DNA of 64,000 bases from an uncultured Candidatus Binatia bacterium (GTDB lineage Bacteria; Desulfobacterota; Binatia; UBA9968; JAJDTQ01), in the NCBI GenBank assembly GCA_965215605.1, contig OZ244070.1, forward strand, positions 2,912,001-2,976,000, read 5' to 3'. Within the stretch, counting starts at the first letter, position 1. The number at the start of each line of letters is the position of its first letter. The translations under genes were made by a program, and so were the position numbers. Of the stretch, positions 50,045 through 60,398 are shown piece after piece. The notes under the pieces are model-generated. The model did not search any database. It saw only the letters and a list, made by a program, of their open reading frames with translations, and had not been told where the DNA came from.

Positions 50045-51469
50045 TCACTTGTCGTCCCGGAGGCCGTACTTCCGGAGCTTGTATCGGAGCGCCCGCTCGC
50101 TGATGCCGAGATTGTCCGCCGCCTTGGTCTGGATGCCGCCGGCAGCGTCCAGGGCCTCGACGATCATGCGCCGTTCCATCCCTTCCACCACTGCCGACAG
50201 ATTGGTCTGGTCGTCCGCGCCGGCGCGGGTTTCCTTGATGGTCAGCGGCAGTTCGCCCAGGCTCACCACGTCGTCGCGCGTCAGCACGATGGCGCGTTCC
50301 ACCAGGTTCTCCAGCTCTCGAACGTTGCCGGGATAGTCGTACCGCAGCAGGGCGTCACGGGCGTCGCGGGAGAAACCCTGGATGGGTTTGCTGTTCTTCT
50401 CGGCGAATTTCCGGAGGAAATGCTCGATGAGCGCGGGGAGGTCCTGGCGGCGCTCACGCAGGGGGGGCAGGATGATGGTCACGACGTTGAGGCGGTAGTA
50501 GAGATCCTCGCGGAAGCTGCCCTCCCGCATGAGTTGCTCGAGATCCCTGTGCGTCGCCGTGATGATGCGCACGTCGGTGGTGATGGCGCGGTTCGAGCCC
50601 ACCCGCTCGAATTCCTTTTCCTGCAGTACGCGCAGCAGCTTTGCCTGCAGATGGGCGGGCAGGTCGCCGATCTCGTCCAGAAACAGGGTGCCTCCGTCAG
50701 CGATCTCGAAGCGGCCCTTGCGCATGGCGAACGCGCCGGTGAACGCCCCCTTCTCGTGCCCGAACAGCTCCGATTCCAGCAGGGTCTCGGGCAGCGCGGC
50801 GCAGTTCACCTTCACCAGCGCTCCGGTCCTGCGTTCGCTGGCGTAATGGATGGCCTTGGCGATGAGCTCCTTGCCGGTGCCACTCTCACCGCGAAGCAGG
50901 ACGGTGGCATCGCTGGGAGCCACCCGCCGCACCAGGTCGAGGACTTCCTGCATCTGGCCGCTCTCCCCGATGATGCCCTCGATGCGATGGCGTTCCTGGA
51001 GCGCTTCCCGGAGTTGGGTGTTCTCCCGCACCAGTTGGTGGCTGCGCTTGACCCGCTCGATGCGGAGCAGGAGCTCTTCCAGGTTGAGCGGCTTGGTGAG
51101 GTAGTCGGTGGCTCCGTCCTTCATGGCGGAGACCGCGGTCTCGATGCTCCCGTACGCGGTCATGATGATGACGGCCACCTCGGGGTCCACTCCCCGGCAC
51201 TGCGTCAGCAGGTCCAGGCCCGACATCTCCGACATCCGCTGATCCGTCAGCACCAGATCGAAGGGTTCCTTGCGGAACCGCTCCAGCGCCCGGCCGGCGC
51301 TCTCCATCAGCACCACTTCGAACCCGGCCTTGCGGAGAAAGCCTCCGACGAACTCGAGCTGCGTGCGCTCGTCGTCCACCACCATCACGTGGAAGCGGTC
51401 CCCGTGGCTTGCAGCCCGCGGTTCGGAGTCTTCTCGATAGGCCTGTTCGGTCATTTCAGTGCTCGTCAT
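50045..51469 (-). CDS. Sigma54-dependent response regulator (NtrC/ZraR-like)
   Basis: REC domain, GESGTGKE, GAFTGA, YPGNVREL and a Fis HTH. Confidence 0.94.
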   Translation of the reverse strand: MTSTEMTEQAYREDSEPRAASHGDRFHVMVVDDERTQLEFVGGFLRKAGFEVVLMESAGRALERFRKEPFDLVLTDQRMSEMSGLDLLTQCRGVDPEVAVIIMTAYGSIETAVSAMKDGATDYLTKPLNLEELLLRIERVKRSHQLVRENTQLREALQERHRIEGIIGESGQMQEVLDLVRRVAPSDATVLLRGESGTGKELIAKAIHYASERRTGALVKVNCAALPETLLESELFGHEKGAFTGAFAMRKGRFEIADGGTLFLDEIGDLPAHLQAKLLRVLQEKEFERVGSNRAITTDVRIITATHRDLEQLMREGSFREDLYYRLNVVTIILPPLRERRQDLPALIEHFLRKFAEKNSKPIQGFSRDARDALLRYDYPGNVRELENLVERAIVLTRDDVVSLGELPLTIKETRAGADDQTNLSAVVEGMERRMIVEALDAAGGIQTKAADNLGISERALRYKLRKYGLRDDK

Positions 51470-51503
51470 CCGCGGCTCCGGCCCCGCCGCCCCCGACCCG
51501 CGC

Positions 51504-53213
51504 TCACCCGAGCGTGTGGTCCAGCGGAAGAACGATCTCGAATCGGCTGCCGCTTCCCGCCTTGCTGGTCACGTCAAGGGTCCCGCCATGGCCTTCGATG
51601 ATCCGGCGTGCGATGGCGAGCCCCAGTCCGGAGCCATCGGTCTTGGTGGTGAAGTAGGGCTCGAAAATCCGCGCCAGATTCTCCGGTTCGATGCCGACCC
51701 CGGTGTCGCTCACCGAAAGCCGCATCCTCGAATCCCGCACGGCCGTCTCGATGGTGAGCTTGCCGCCTTCCGGCATGGCCTGAAGGCCGTTCAGGATGAG
51801 ATTCAGCAACACCTGTTTGAGGTAGTCGGGATCCGCCTTGACCACCGGCCGCGGGCCGTGGTTCACCACCGCCATCTCCACCCCGGCCGTGGCGGCGTCG
51901 CTTTGGGTCAACGTGGTCAGCTCGTTCAGCAACTGGTCCACCTTGACCAGATCGGTCTTCATGCTCAATGGCCGCGCCAGTGACAGGAATTCCTCGACGA
52001 TGGCGTTCAGCCGGTGGACCTCGCCGCGCATCAACTCGATGAAGTGGGTGTACTCGCCCTCGTCCTGGTTGGGCTGGAACTCGGCCTTGAGGCGCTGCAG
52101 TCCCATGGAGATGGCGTTGAGGGGGTTGCGGACCTCGTGGGCCACGGTGGCGGCGAGATTGCCCATCATGGAGAGGTGCTCGCGGCGTTCCACCTCGGCC
52201 TCCAGGGCCTTGATCTCCTGCATGTGGAAGCGCTGATTGTACAGGATCGCGGCAAACCCCAGCATGCCCAGGGCCAGTATGCCGCAGCCGAGGCCCACCA
52301 TGGACCACAGACTCTGCCACCACGCCGCGTCGACGTAGTCCATGGAGAGGCCGATCCTCAGGAACCCCATGGGATCGTCGTCCAGCGTGATGGGTTTCAC
52401 CATCTCGTAACGCCGGTCTCCGGCTTCCGCCTGCGCGATCCGGTGGGCCGACCGTTCGCTGGCCCGGGCCCTGGCAGTCAGGTCGTCGCCCATCCGCGTT
52501 CCGACCAGCGTCGGGTCGGTGTGAGCGAGCACCGTGAAGTCGTTGTCGAGAAGCGCGAGCTCGTGGATCTCGTCCTGCCGCCCCAGGTCCTGGATCTGGC
52601 GCTGCACGCCGATTTCGTGCTGCAGCTTCAGCATGTAGGACGCGTCGGCGTGAATGGCGATGAAGCCGGGGAAGCTGCGCGCCTCCAGGGCCACGCCGAA
52701 GACGCTGTCCTCCCAGAATTTGTGTTGGGGCAGGGCGGGCGATTGCCCCGGGAACTGTGACCAGAGCCTGCCCCAGATGTGCACCTCCGCTTGGCGGCCG
52801 GCCCATCGCTCCCGAAACCCCGCCAGCAGGTCGCCAATCTCGGGCGTCTCGAATCCGGTGTGCGATACCCAGGGGCGGCCCTGGAGGTCCAGGAGCTCGA
52901 CCTTGTAGAGATCGTTGATGGCGCTGATGCGCTGTACCAGGACCGCGGGCGGATTGGCGGTCAGGAGCCGGTCGATGACGCGCGCGTTGTCCAGCAGGCG
53001 CTGCCTCACCAACTGCTCGATCACTGCATTGCCCTTGATGGATTTCTTCGCGCTGGTCTCCATGGTCTTGGTCAGAGCCATGGCCTTGACCTCCACCTGA
53101 CGCACCAGCTCTTCCTCCAGCCAGCGGCTCTCGTAGAAGACGTAGAGCGAGAACAGGACGAGAAGCAGCAGTACGGAGGCAAGAAAGTAGGGGACCAGGG
53201 ATGCGCGTTTCAT
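51504..53213 (-). CDS. Membrane sensor histidine kinase
   Basis: Two TM helices; AHEVRNPL, NLILN, DTGVG and GSGLGL motifs. Confidence 0.92.
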   Translation of the reverse strand: MKRASLVPYFLASVLLLLVLFSLYVFYESRWLEEELVRQVEVKAMALTKTMETSAKKSIKGNAVIEQLVRQRLLDNARVIDRLLTANPPAVLVQRISAINDLYKVELLDLQGRPWVSHTGFETPEIGDLLAGFRERWAGRQAEVHIWGRLWSQFPGQSPALPQHKFWEDSVFGVALEARSFPGFIAIHADASYMLKLQHEIGVQRQIQDLGRQDEIHELALLDNDFTVLAHTDPTLVGTRMGDDLTARARASERSAHRIAQAEAGDRRYEMVKPITLDDDPMGFLRIGLSMDYVDAAWWQSLWSMVGLGCGILALGMLGFAAILYNQRFHMQEIKALEAEVERREHLSMMGNLAATVAHEVRNPLNAISMGLQRLKAEFQPNQDEGEYTHFIELMRGEVHRLNAIVEEFLSLARPLSMKTDLVKVDQLLNELTTLTQSDAATAGVEMAVVNHGPRPVVKADPDYLKQVLLNLILNGLQAMPEGGKLTIETAVRDSRMRLSVSDTGVGIEPENLARIFEPYFTTKTDGSGLGLAIARRIIEGHGGTLDVTSKAGSGSRFEIVLPLDHTLG

Positions 53214-53433
53214 GGCATTTGTGGGCGATTTCAAATGACGGGGAAGGGCGGATCGGCCCCCGCCCCTCCATTATACAAGCGGATCCCGGCTTGGCAACAA
53301 CCACGAACAGGCGCCGGGGCACGGCGAGCGTGAAAGGGGGAGGGCCGCGGGACGACGCTTCGCCCCATGGTCCTCCCCCCGGATGTGTCCGGCCGTTTTC
53401 CCGGCCGAGACTCCCGAACGCCGGCGCCTGGGA

Positions 53434-54912
53434 TCAGGTCTTGGCGGCGAAGAACCGCGTGACTTCGCCCCGCTTCACCAGGAACAGGGTGCCCCGGTCC
53501 TTGTCCGCCTGCTTCAACGCCTTGCCGTAGTCCGCCAGCGTCCCCACGGGGGTTCGATTGACCTCGAGGATCACGTCCCCCTGGCGCAACCCGGCCTCAT
53601 CCGCGGGACTCCCGGGCGCCACCTTGGTGACGACGACGCCTTCGGCACGCTTCATGGACAGTTTCTTGGCGATCTCGGGGGTCACCTCCTGCACCGTGAG
53701 GCCCAGATCGGAAGCCTGCGGTTCCACCGCCGCGGTGGTCTCCTCTCCCTGGAGCTTGCCGATACGCACGGTCAGCGTCTGTTCGCCGCCGTCGCGCAGG
53801 ACCTTCACCCCGACTTCCTTCCCCACCGGGGTCCTCGCGACGATCATGGGAAGGTCGCGAGCCAGCTTGACCGGGGCGCTGTCGAACTCGACGATGACGT
53901 CCCCGGCCTTGAATCCCGCCTCCTTCGCCGGAGTGTCGGGCAACACCTTGGACACGAGCGCCCCGCCCGACTCCTTCACGCCCAGGGACTCCGCCAGCAG
54001 CGGCGTCATCCGCTGGAAGCCGATGCCCAGCCAGCCGCGGGTCACCTGTCCGTCACTCTGGAGTTGCGGGAGCAGCTCCTTGACGAGGTTGATGGGGATG
54101 GCGAAACCGATGCCGACGTTGCCGCCGCCGCGGCTGTAGATGGCGGTGTTCACGCCCACCACCTCGCCCCGGTGATTGACCAGCGGACCGCCGGAATTGC
54201 CCGGGTTGATGGAGGCGTCGGTCTGGATGAAGTTGTCGTAGGGTCCGGCTCCGATACGGCGCCCCTTGGCGCTGACGATGCCGGACGTCACGGTCCCGTC
54301 CAGCCCGAACGGGTTTCCGACGGCGAGCACGCCTTCGCCGATGTCGAGCTTGTCGGAGTCCCCCAGCGGCACGGTGGGCAGCTCGTAGGCGGCGTTGATC
54401 CGGATCAGGGCGACATCGGTCTTTTCGTCCGTGCCGATGATCCTCCCTTCGAACTCGTTCCCGTCAGGCAGCGTGACGGTGATGGTGGCGTTCTTGCGGT
54501 CCGCCACCACATGGTGGTTCGTCAGTATCAGCCCCTTGGAGTCGATGATCACGCCGGAGCCGAACGACTCGGCCCGTCGAGGTGTGGACGGCGGTTGCGG
54601 CATGCCGAAGGGGTTGGGGTTGCTGAAGCGATCCTCGAAGAACTTGCGCCACGCATCGGGCCAGGGCTGGTTGAACGGTTGAGACCACTGCGCCGGGCGC
54701 GTGTCGCCCTTGGTGTTGATGTTGACCACCGCAGGGGTGACGGCCTTGACGAGATCCACGATGCTTTTGACCGGCCGTTGATCGGCGGCGGATTCGGTGG
54801 ACGCGCCGAGGGGCTGTTGGTCGAAGCCCGAGAAAAGGGCAATGACCGCGAGCAACAGGGCGCACACGCCCAACGTCTTCACGCATGTTGAACGATATCG
54901 TTTAGAGAGCAT
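53434..54912 (-). CDS. DegP/DegQ periplasmic serine protease with two PDZ domains
   Basis: GSG, TNHHVV, DVAL and NPGNSGGPL motifs; two PDZ repeats. Confidence 0.94.
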   Translation of the reverse strand: MLSKRYRSTCVKTLGVCALLLAVIALFSGFDQQPLGASTESAADQRPVKSIVDLVKAVTPAVVNINTKGDTRPAQWSQPFNQPWPDAWRKFFEDRFSNPNPFGMPQPPSTPRRAESFGSGVIIDSKGLILTNHHVVADRKNATITVTLPDGNEFEGRIIGTDEKTDVALIRINAAYELPTVPLGDSDKLDIGEGVLAVGNPFGLDGTVTSGIVSAKGRRIGAGPYDNFIQTDASINPGNSGGPLVNHRGEVVGVNTAIYSRGGGNVGIGFAIPINLVKELLPQLQSDGQVTRGWLGIGFQRMTPLLAESLGVKESGGALVSKVLPDTPAKEAGFKAGDVIVEFDSAPVKLARDLPMIVARTPVGKEVGVKVLRDGGEQTLTVRIGKLQGEETTAAVEPQASDLGLTVQEVTPEIAKKLSMKRAEGVVVTKVAPGSPADEAGLRQGDVILEVNRTPVGTLADYGKALKQADKDRGTLFLVKRGEVTRFFAAKT

Positions 54913-54950
54913 TGAGCTACCTCCTTGAAGAATCGGTGTCTGTTGTTAGC

Positions 54951-54967
54951 AGCATCTTTCGTGCCAA
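54951..54967 (-). promoter_or_regulatory. Sigma54 -24/-12 promoter of the degP gene
   Basis: Minus strand TTGGCACGAAAGATGCT (TGGCAC-N5-ATGC). Confidence 0.8.
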
Positions 54968-55142
54968 GGCCTGAGCGCTGCGAAAATGCTGGTTTTTCAA
55001 AGAGTTGTCCGTATGCCGGGGCGAAGCGCCGCGCCCAAAGGGTCGAAAGTGCTCGACGATTTCGTCGAGGCCGGCCGGGTGGATTCAGCGGGGAAGAGGG
55101 CCGCCGGCGGCGAATGCAGGGCCCTCGGGACCCCGTCGCCGG

Positions 55143-55607
55143 TCAGTCGACCTCGAAGATGGACTCGATCTCCACCGGGATCCCGTTGGGCAGCGTCGCC
55201 ATGCCCACCGCGGAGCGGGCGTGCTTGCCGATGCTCTCGCCGAACACCTCCACCATCAGGTCGGAGAAGCCGTTGATGACCTGCGGGGTCTTGTGGAATT
55301 CCGGGTCGGCGTTCACCATGCCCAGCACCTTGACGATACGGCGGACGCGGTCAAGGCTCCCGAGTTCGCCCCGCAAGGTGACCAGGGCGTTCAACGCGGT
55401 CTGGCGCGCCGCCTGGTAGCCTTCTTCCACGGTGAGGTCGCGGCCCAGCTTGCCGCGGGAGATGGGCTTGCCGTCGTTGCCCAGGGGGCCGTGCCCGGCA
55501 AGGTAGAGCAACGCGCCGGTCCTGACGGCGCTGACGTAGTTGGCCGCGGGCCGGGGCTGGGGCGGCAGGCTCAGATTCAATTCCTTCAGGCGTTCTTCCG
55601 CGCTCAT
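55143..55607 (-). CDS. RidA/YjgF-family protein
   Basis: ANYV, VINGFS, GKHARSAVG and PVEIE motifs. Confidence 0.92.
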   Translation of the reverse strand: MSAEERLKELNLSLPPQPRPAANYVSAVRTGALLYLAGHGPLGNDGKPISRGKLGRDLTVEEGYQAARQTALNALVTLRGELGSLDRVRRIVKVLGMVNADPEFHKTPQVINGFSDLMVEVFGESIGKHARSAVGMATLPNGIPVEIESIFEVD

Positions 55608-55631
55608 GTGGGCCTCCTGGTGTTGCGGATC

Positions 55632-56675
55632 CTACATTCCCCGGAACCACACGTTGTCCGGGTCCAGGCTGAGCAGCGCCGGCGTGATGTCCGGGATGGC
55701 GGGAGTGCCGGTCATGATCATCACGCGCTTCAACTCGTCGGTGAGGATGGACAGCACCCGGGCCACCCCTTCCGGCCCGGCGGCGCCGAGGCCCCAGCAG
55801 ACGGGCCGTCCCAGCAGCACCGCCCGGGCGCCCAGGGCCAGGGCCTTGGCGATGTCGCCGCCCCGGCGGGCGCCGCTGTCGAGCAGCACCGGGACCCGGT
55901 CGCGGGCCGCATCCACGATTTCCGGCAGGACTTCGATGGCGGCGCGATTGAAGTCCAGGATGCGCCCGCCGTGGTTGGACACCACCAGGCAGTCGGCGCC
56001 GGCGTCGATGGCGATGCGGGCGTCGTCGGGATTCATGATGCCCTTCACCACCACGGGCACGGACACCTCGTTCTTGAGCCAGGCGACGTCGTCCGGCGAT
56101 GACAGGTGCACCGTGCGGGGCTTTCCGTCCGAGGACAGCGGCACCCGGTCTCGCAGCTTGGTGGGTTGCAGGGTGTCCATGGTCAGCCCCACGGCGGCAT
56201 AGCCGATCTCGTCCGCCCTTCGCACCGCGCTCAGCACCTTGTCCCGCCCTTTGCTGAGGTAGGCCATGTACACCAGAGGCGACGAGATTCCCTCCGCCCA
56301 CTGGTCCACGGTGGACTGGGTGGCGCCGCTGATGAACACCATGGTCCCGAACAGGCTGCCGCCTTCCGCCACCTCGTGCTCGCCGTTCTTGCGCAGCAGC
56401 CGGAAGCTGCCCACCGGCCCGATCAACGCCGGCGACGGCAGCCTGCGGCCGAACAGTTCGATGGACGTGTCCGGGTCGGTGACGTCGTGGAAGATCCGTT
56501 GCCGGAAGAGCAGCCGGTCCAACGCGGTCCGGTTCCGCTTCCGGGTGGATTCGCTTTCCGCCGCGCCCATCACGTGTTCGATGGCCTCGGGCTTCACCCG
56601 GAGGCGGAACAGCGCGTGGATCTCGTCGAGGCTCAGGTTCTCGAGTGGTTTCTGTTCAAGTAGTCGCAGACTCAT
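55632..56675 (-). CDS. FMN-dependent alpha-hydroxy-acid oxidase/dehydrogenase
   Basis: [23 protein letters not shown] and KALALGA motifs. Confidence 0.9.
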   Translation of the reverse strand: MSLRLLEQKPLENLSLDEIHALFRLRVKPEAIEHVMGAAESESTRKRNRTALDRLLFRQRIFHDVTDPDTSIELFGRRLPSPALIGPVGSFRLLRKNGEHEVAEGGSLFGTMVFISGATQSTVDQWAEGISSPLVYMAYLSKGRDKVLSAVRRADEIGYAAVGLTMDTLQPTKLRDRVPLSSDGKPRTVHLSSPDDVAWLKNEVSVPVVVKGIMNPDDARIAIDAGADCLVVSNHGGRILDFNRAAIEVLPEIVDAARDRVPVLLDSGARRGGDIAKALALGARAVLLGRPVCWGLGAAGPEGVARVLSILTDELKRVMIMTGTPAIPDITPALLSLDPDNVWFRGM

Positions 56676-56771
56676 GGTTCCCCCCGTGAAAGGATGCAGG
56701 AACAGACCCTGGTGTGGTGTCTGGTTCATTCGGACAATAACATGCGGAAGATCCTTGTTGCGGGCAAATCA

Positions 56772-57779
56772 TCAATCCATCATCCGGAACTGCAGCAACA
56801 AGGTCCTCTGGAACGGCACGAAGTTGTTGTCCGACAACAGGTAGAGGAGCGTCCGTCCGGCGCGGTCCCGCCTGAGGGCGAGCCCCTCGAAGTTGTCCAT
56901 CGGCAGCGGATGCGTCATGTCCGCCACGGCCGCTCCGCGGATGCGGCTCCCGTCACGCCGGCGGGCTTCCCGCAGACGGCCCTTGGGCAGCCGGACGATC
57001 CGCGCTCGCCTCCCCGACAGGGTGAAGCGCCGTTCGAGCAGCAGCACATCCCCGTCGGGCATGACGGCAAGGTCCGTGGGTTGGAGGCCTCCGGCCGGCA
57101 CGTAGGCGATCTCGTGGGCCGCGCCGTCCCCGATGAGCCAGCCCTTGAGGCTGCCGTCGTCGTTGGCGTGCCGTTCGGTGATGCCCAGCACCGTGCCGTC
57201 TGGCAGCGCGGCGATGCCTTCGAGCCCCCCGTTGACGGGCGCGTCGTCGAGGGCGCGGGGCGTGGCCAGCGGTTTGGGAGGCGCATTGAACGCCGCCGGA
57301 TATCGCCAGATCCGGTGACGCCCCTCGAACGAGACCAGAAAATCGCCGCCGGCGGTCCGCGCCAGCCCCTCGGCGTCCCGCTGGCGGCGCTGGGCCGGCT
57401 TGCCGGCGGGGGTCAGCATGGGGGCGTCGCGCCACGAGCCGGCGCCGACGAGACGCCCGGCGTCGTCGTGGACGAGGTCTGCGGTGATCCAGCGGCCGCG
57501 GTCCGAGACCGCCCGAAGCCGCCGCCCGTCCGGACTGACGTGCAGGCCGGAAAGCCCGCCGAACCGCGGGTGCTCCGACACCAGCTCGAAACCGTTCATG
57601 AATACGAGCTTGCCGACCGTACCCAGTTCCGGCCTTTCCGGGTCCAGCGCCACCGGCACCGTCTTCACCGCCATCGCTCCGGCAGAGACGCCGCCCGTCA
57701 GGGCGAGCAGCATCGCCAGCGCGTGCGCCGCCGCGGTTGCGGCCCGAAGCCGCCTCGTGTCCGATGGTCGACGAATCAC
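56772..57779 (-). CDS. Esterase-like activity of phytase family protein (beta-propeller)
   Basis: FGGLSG, DAEG, NGGLE, DNFEG and SDNNF..QRTLL motifs; GTGA overlap with folK. Confidence 0.85.
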   Translation of the reverse strand: MIRRPSDTRRLRAATAAAHALAMLLALTGGVSAGAMAVKTVPVALDPERPELGTVGKLVFMNGFELVSEHPRFGGLSGLHVSPDGRRLRAVSDRGRWITADLVHDDAGRLVGAGSWRDAPMLTPAGKPAQRRQRDAEGLARTAGGDFLVSFEGRHRIWRYPAAFNAPPKPLATPRALDDAPVNGGLEGIAALPDGTVLGITERHANDDGSLKGWLIGDGAAHEIAYVPAGGLQPTDLAVMPDGDVLLLERRFTLSGRRARIVRLPKGRLREARRRDGSRIRGAAVADMTHPLPMDNFEGLALRRDRAGRTLLYLLSDNNFVPFQRTLLLQFRMMD

Positions 57780-58159
57780 AGCTTCAAGTCCGGAAGCACC
57801 GCCAGCACGGCGTGGCGCAGGTAGTCCCGCGTGTAGAGGTCCGGATCGATGACCGCGCCGTTCCACACGACGATGTCGAGGTCGATGGTCCGAGGGCCGT
57901 GCCGGTTCAATCCGGGTCGGCGTCCGAGCAGGGTCTCGATGGCCTTGAGGTCGGCTTTCAACCGCTCGCGGTCCGCGCGGGTCTCCAGCAACAGGGCGCC
58001 GTTGGTGAAGTCCGGCTGATCGGCATAGCCGACGGGGCTGGTCTCCACCAGCGGCGATTCGGCGACGATGAAGTGACGTTCGGCGATCCGTTCCCGCGCC
58101 CTGGGCACGTTGATCCGGGGCTCGATATTGGACCCGACGCCGATGACGGCGAGATTCAT
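57776..58159 (-). CDS. folK: 6-hydroxymethyl-7,8-dihydropterin pyrophosphokinase
   Basis: IGVGSNI, QPDFTN, IETLLGR and GPRTIDLDI motifs. Confidence 0.9.
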   Translation of the reverse strand: MNLAVIGVGSNIEPRINVPRARERIAERHFIVAESPLVETSPVGYADQPDFTNGALLLETRADRERLKADLKAIETLLGRRPGLNRHGPRTIDLDIVVWNGAVIDPDLYTRDYLRHAVLAVLPDLKL

Positions 58160-58545
58160 GCCGGTCCGGCCTCCGTCGCCTCCCTTTCCGCCGAGCATTC
58201 CACGGAAACGGAATCGGTAAAGCGCAGGGCCGCCGGCTTGGCCACCCGGACCCGCGCGCGCCGGACCCGGCCGTCTTCCATCGCCAGCGCCAGCAGGCGG
58301 TCGCAGAGCGTTTCGAGGAGAAAGAACGACGACCGTTCCACCTCGGCGATGAGCCGTTTGTTCAGCCGTTTGTAGTCCACGGTCTCGTCGATGGCGTCGC
58401 GGATGAAGACTGTGCCCGCCGCCAGCTCCAGCTCCACGTTGACGACCACGTCCTGCTTCGTCTCCCGTTCCCAGTCGTTGATGCCGATGATGGCGCGGAG
58501 GCGCAGGTTCTCGATGGTGATCTTGACCGGATTTCGCTGGATCAT
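58156..58545 (-). CDS. FolB/FolX-family dihydroneopterin aldolase/epimerase
   Basis: IIGINDWER..KQ, VDY, LLE and KPAALRF.DSV motifs. Confidence 0.88.
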   Translation of the reverse strand: MIQRNPVKITIENLRLRAIIGINDWERETKQDVVVNVELELAAGTVFIRDAIDETVDYKRLNKRLIAEVERSSFFLLETLCDRLLALAMEDGRVRRARVRVAKPAALRFTDSVSVECSAEREATEAGPA

Positions 58546-58562
58546 GGGACTCCGGGAAGGCG

Positions 58563-59282
58563 TTACAGGTGCTCCCCGCCGTCGACGTAGATGCTCTCGC
58601 CAGTGACGAAGGGGTTGTTCAACAGGAACCGCACGGCGGCCACCAAGTTATCCGTGTCGCCGATGCGTTTCAAGGGCAGGGCCGCGCTCCTCCGCTCGAG
58701 TTCGTCCGCCACCCCCCCGGGCGGCGGCAGGATCATGCCCGGTGAGATCCCGTTGACCCGGATGGCGGGGCCCAACTCCCGGGCGGCCATCTTCGTCAGC
58801 TCGTGGAGCATTTTCTTCGACAGCGTGTAGGCCGCGTGGTGGGGGTCGGAGCGGCTGACGCGGGTGTCGAGGACATTGATGACCTGGCCCCCGGCGCAGC
58901 TTTCGGCGAACGCCTGGATGAGAAAGAAGGGCGCCTTGAGGTTGATGTTGAAATGGCGGTCGAACAGGTCGCGCCCGGTTTCCCGGAGGGCGCCGCGTTC
59001 GAAGATGGAGGCGTTGTTGACCAGCACGTCGAGGTTGGGGAAGCGCTCCCGCACCGCGGGGACCAACGCGCTCGTCTCCCCGTGATCGTTGAGGTCGCAG
59101 CGGAACAGGCGGCACCGGCGCCCCAGCGCTTCGATCTCTCCGGCGACGCGTTCGGCCTGTTCCGCGGAGGTGAAGTAGTGAAGCGCGACGTCGTATCCGT
59201 CCTGGGCCAACGCCCGCGCGACGGCGGCGCCGATGCGGCGGGCTCCGCCGGTGACGAGGGCGGCCCCCTTCGGCTTGGACAT
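58563..59282 (-). CDS. Pteridine reductase (FolM/PTR1-like SDR)
   Basis: TGGARRIG, NNAS and YTLSK motifs; adjacent to folX/folK. Confidence 0.85.
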   Translation of the reverse strand: MSKPKGAALVTGGARRIGAAVARALAQDGYDVALHYFTSAEQAERVAGEIEALGRRCRLFRCDLNDHGETSALVPAVRERFPNLDVLVNNASIFERGALRETGRDLFDRHFNINLKAPFFLIQAFAESCAGGQVINVLDTRVSRSDPHHAAYTLSKKMLHELTKMAARELGPAIRVNGISPGMILPPPGGVADELERRSAALPLKRIGDTDNLVAAVRFLLNNPFVTGESIYVDGGEHL

Positions 59283-59552
59283 GCCGGTCATCATACCCCG
59301 TTCGCGACGGACCCACCACCGGCCTGACGCGAGCGGCTGCAACATGCGGCCGGGCACGGCAGCCACGGCGAGAGGTCTCGCGACCCCCGGCGGGCGTCGC
59401 GGCCGGTTCCCGGCGAGAAGGGCGCCGTTCTTCCCGGCGCTTCGGCGTATTTCGCCTGTACATGAATCATCCCGAATGATGTATGTTCCTTGCTCGCCGT
59501 TTGGGCGCTCTACGAGGTTCGTGTGTCAGGGTAACAAGGGAGCGGAGGGCTT

Positions 59553-60398
59553 ATGGAGATCAAGACGGTCACGTTGTTGCATCCCGGCAACATGGGCGCC
59601 ACCATCGGCGCCGCCGTGCAGGGCGCCCGGGTGCTGTGGGTTTCCGCCGGACGGAGCGAGGGAAGCCGGCAAAGGGCCTCGAAGGCCGGCCTGGCGGATG
59701 TGGCGACCCTGGCCGAGGCCGTGGGCGAGAGCGACGCGGTGTTGTCCGTGTGCCCGCCCCATGCGGCCGAGGATGTGGCGGAGAGCGTGGCCGGAGTGGG
59801 CTTTGGCGGGTTGTACGTGGACGCGAACGCCGTTTCGCGCGCCACCGCTCAAAAGGTGGGTGCGGCCGTCGGCAAGGCCGGGGCGACCTTCGTGGACGGC
59901 GCCATCATCGGACCTCCGGTGACCAAGCCGGGAAGGACGCGCCTTTATCTTTCGGGCGCCGGGGCGGAGGGCGTAGCCAAGCTGTTCTCGGGGAGCATGC
60001 TCGATGCCCGTGTCATCGAGGGCGGCCCGGGGGCGGCCTCCGCGCTCAAGATGACCTACGCCGCGTGGACCAAGGGCAGCGACGCGCTGATCCTGGCCAT
60101 CCGCGCGCTGGCGGCCCGGGAAGGGGTGGAGGAGGCGCTGCTCCAGGAATGGGCGGGGTCCCAGCCCAACCTTCCCGGCAAGAGCGAGCGCGCCGCCGCG
60201 GTGGCCGCGCCCAAGGGCTGGCGTTACGTGGGCGAAATGGAGGAGATCGCCGCCAGCTTCGAGGCCGCCGGCCTCCCCGCAGGCTTCCACAAGGCCGCCG
60301 CCGACCTCTACCGCCGGCTGGCCCCGTTCAAGGACCGCGCCGACCCTGGCCCCGAGGTCAAGGAGGTCCTTGACGCCATCCAGGAGCCATGCTCCTAG
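59553..60398 (+). CDS. NAD(P)-dependent oxidoreductase with DUF1932 (6PGD-like)
   Basis: HPGNMG, DANAVS, ASALKM.YA...KG and RYVGEMEEI motifs. Confidence 0.87.
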   Translation: MEIKTVTLLHPGNMGATIGAAVQGARVLWVSAGRSEGSRQRASKAGLADVATLAEAVGESDAVLSVCPPHAAEDVAESVAGVGFGGLYVDANAVSRATAQKVGAAVGKAGATFVDGAIIGPPVTKPGRTRLYLSGAGAEGVAKLFSGSMLDARVIEGGPGAASALKMTYAAWTKGSDALILAIRALAAREGVEEALLQEWAGSQPNLPGKSERAAAVAAPKGWRYVGEMEEIAASFEAAGLPAGFHKAAADLYRRLAPFKDRADPGPEVKEVLDAIQEPCS

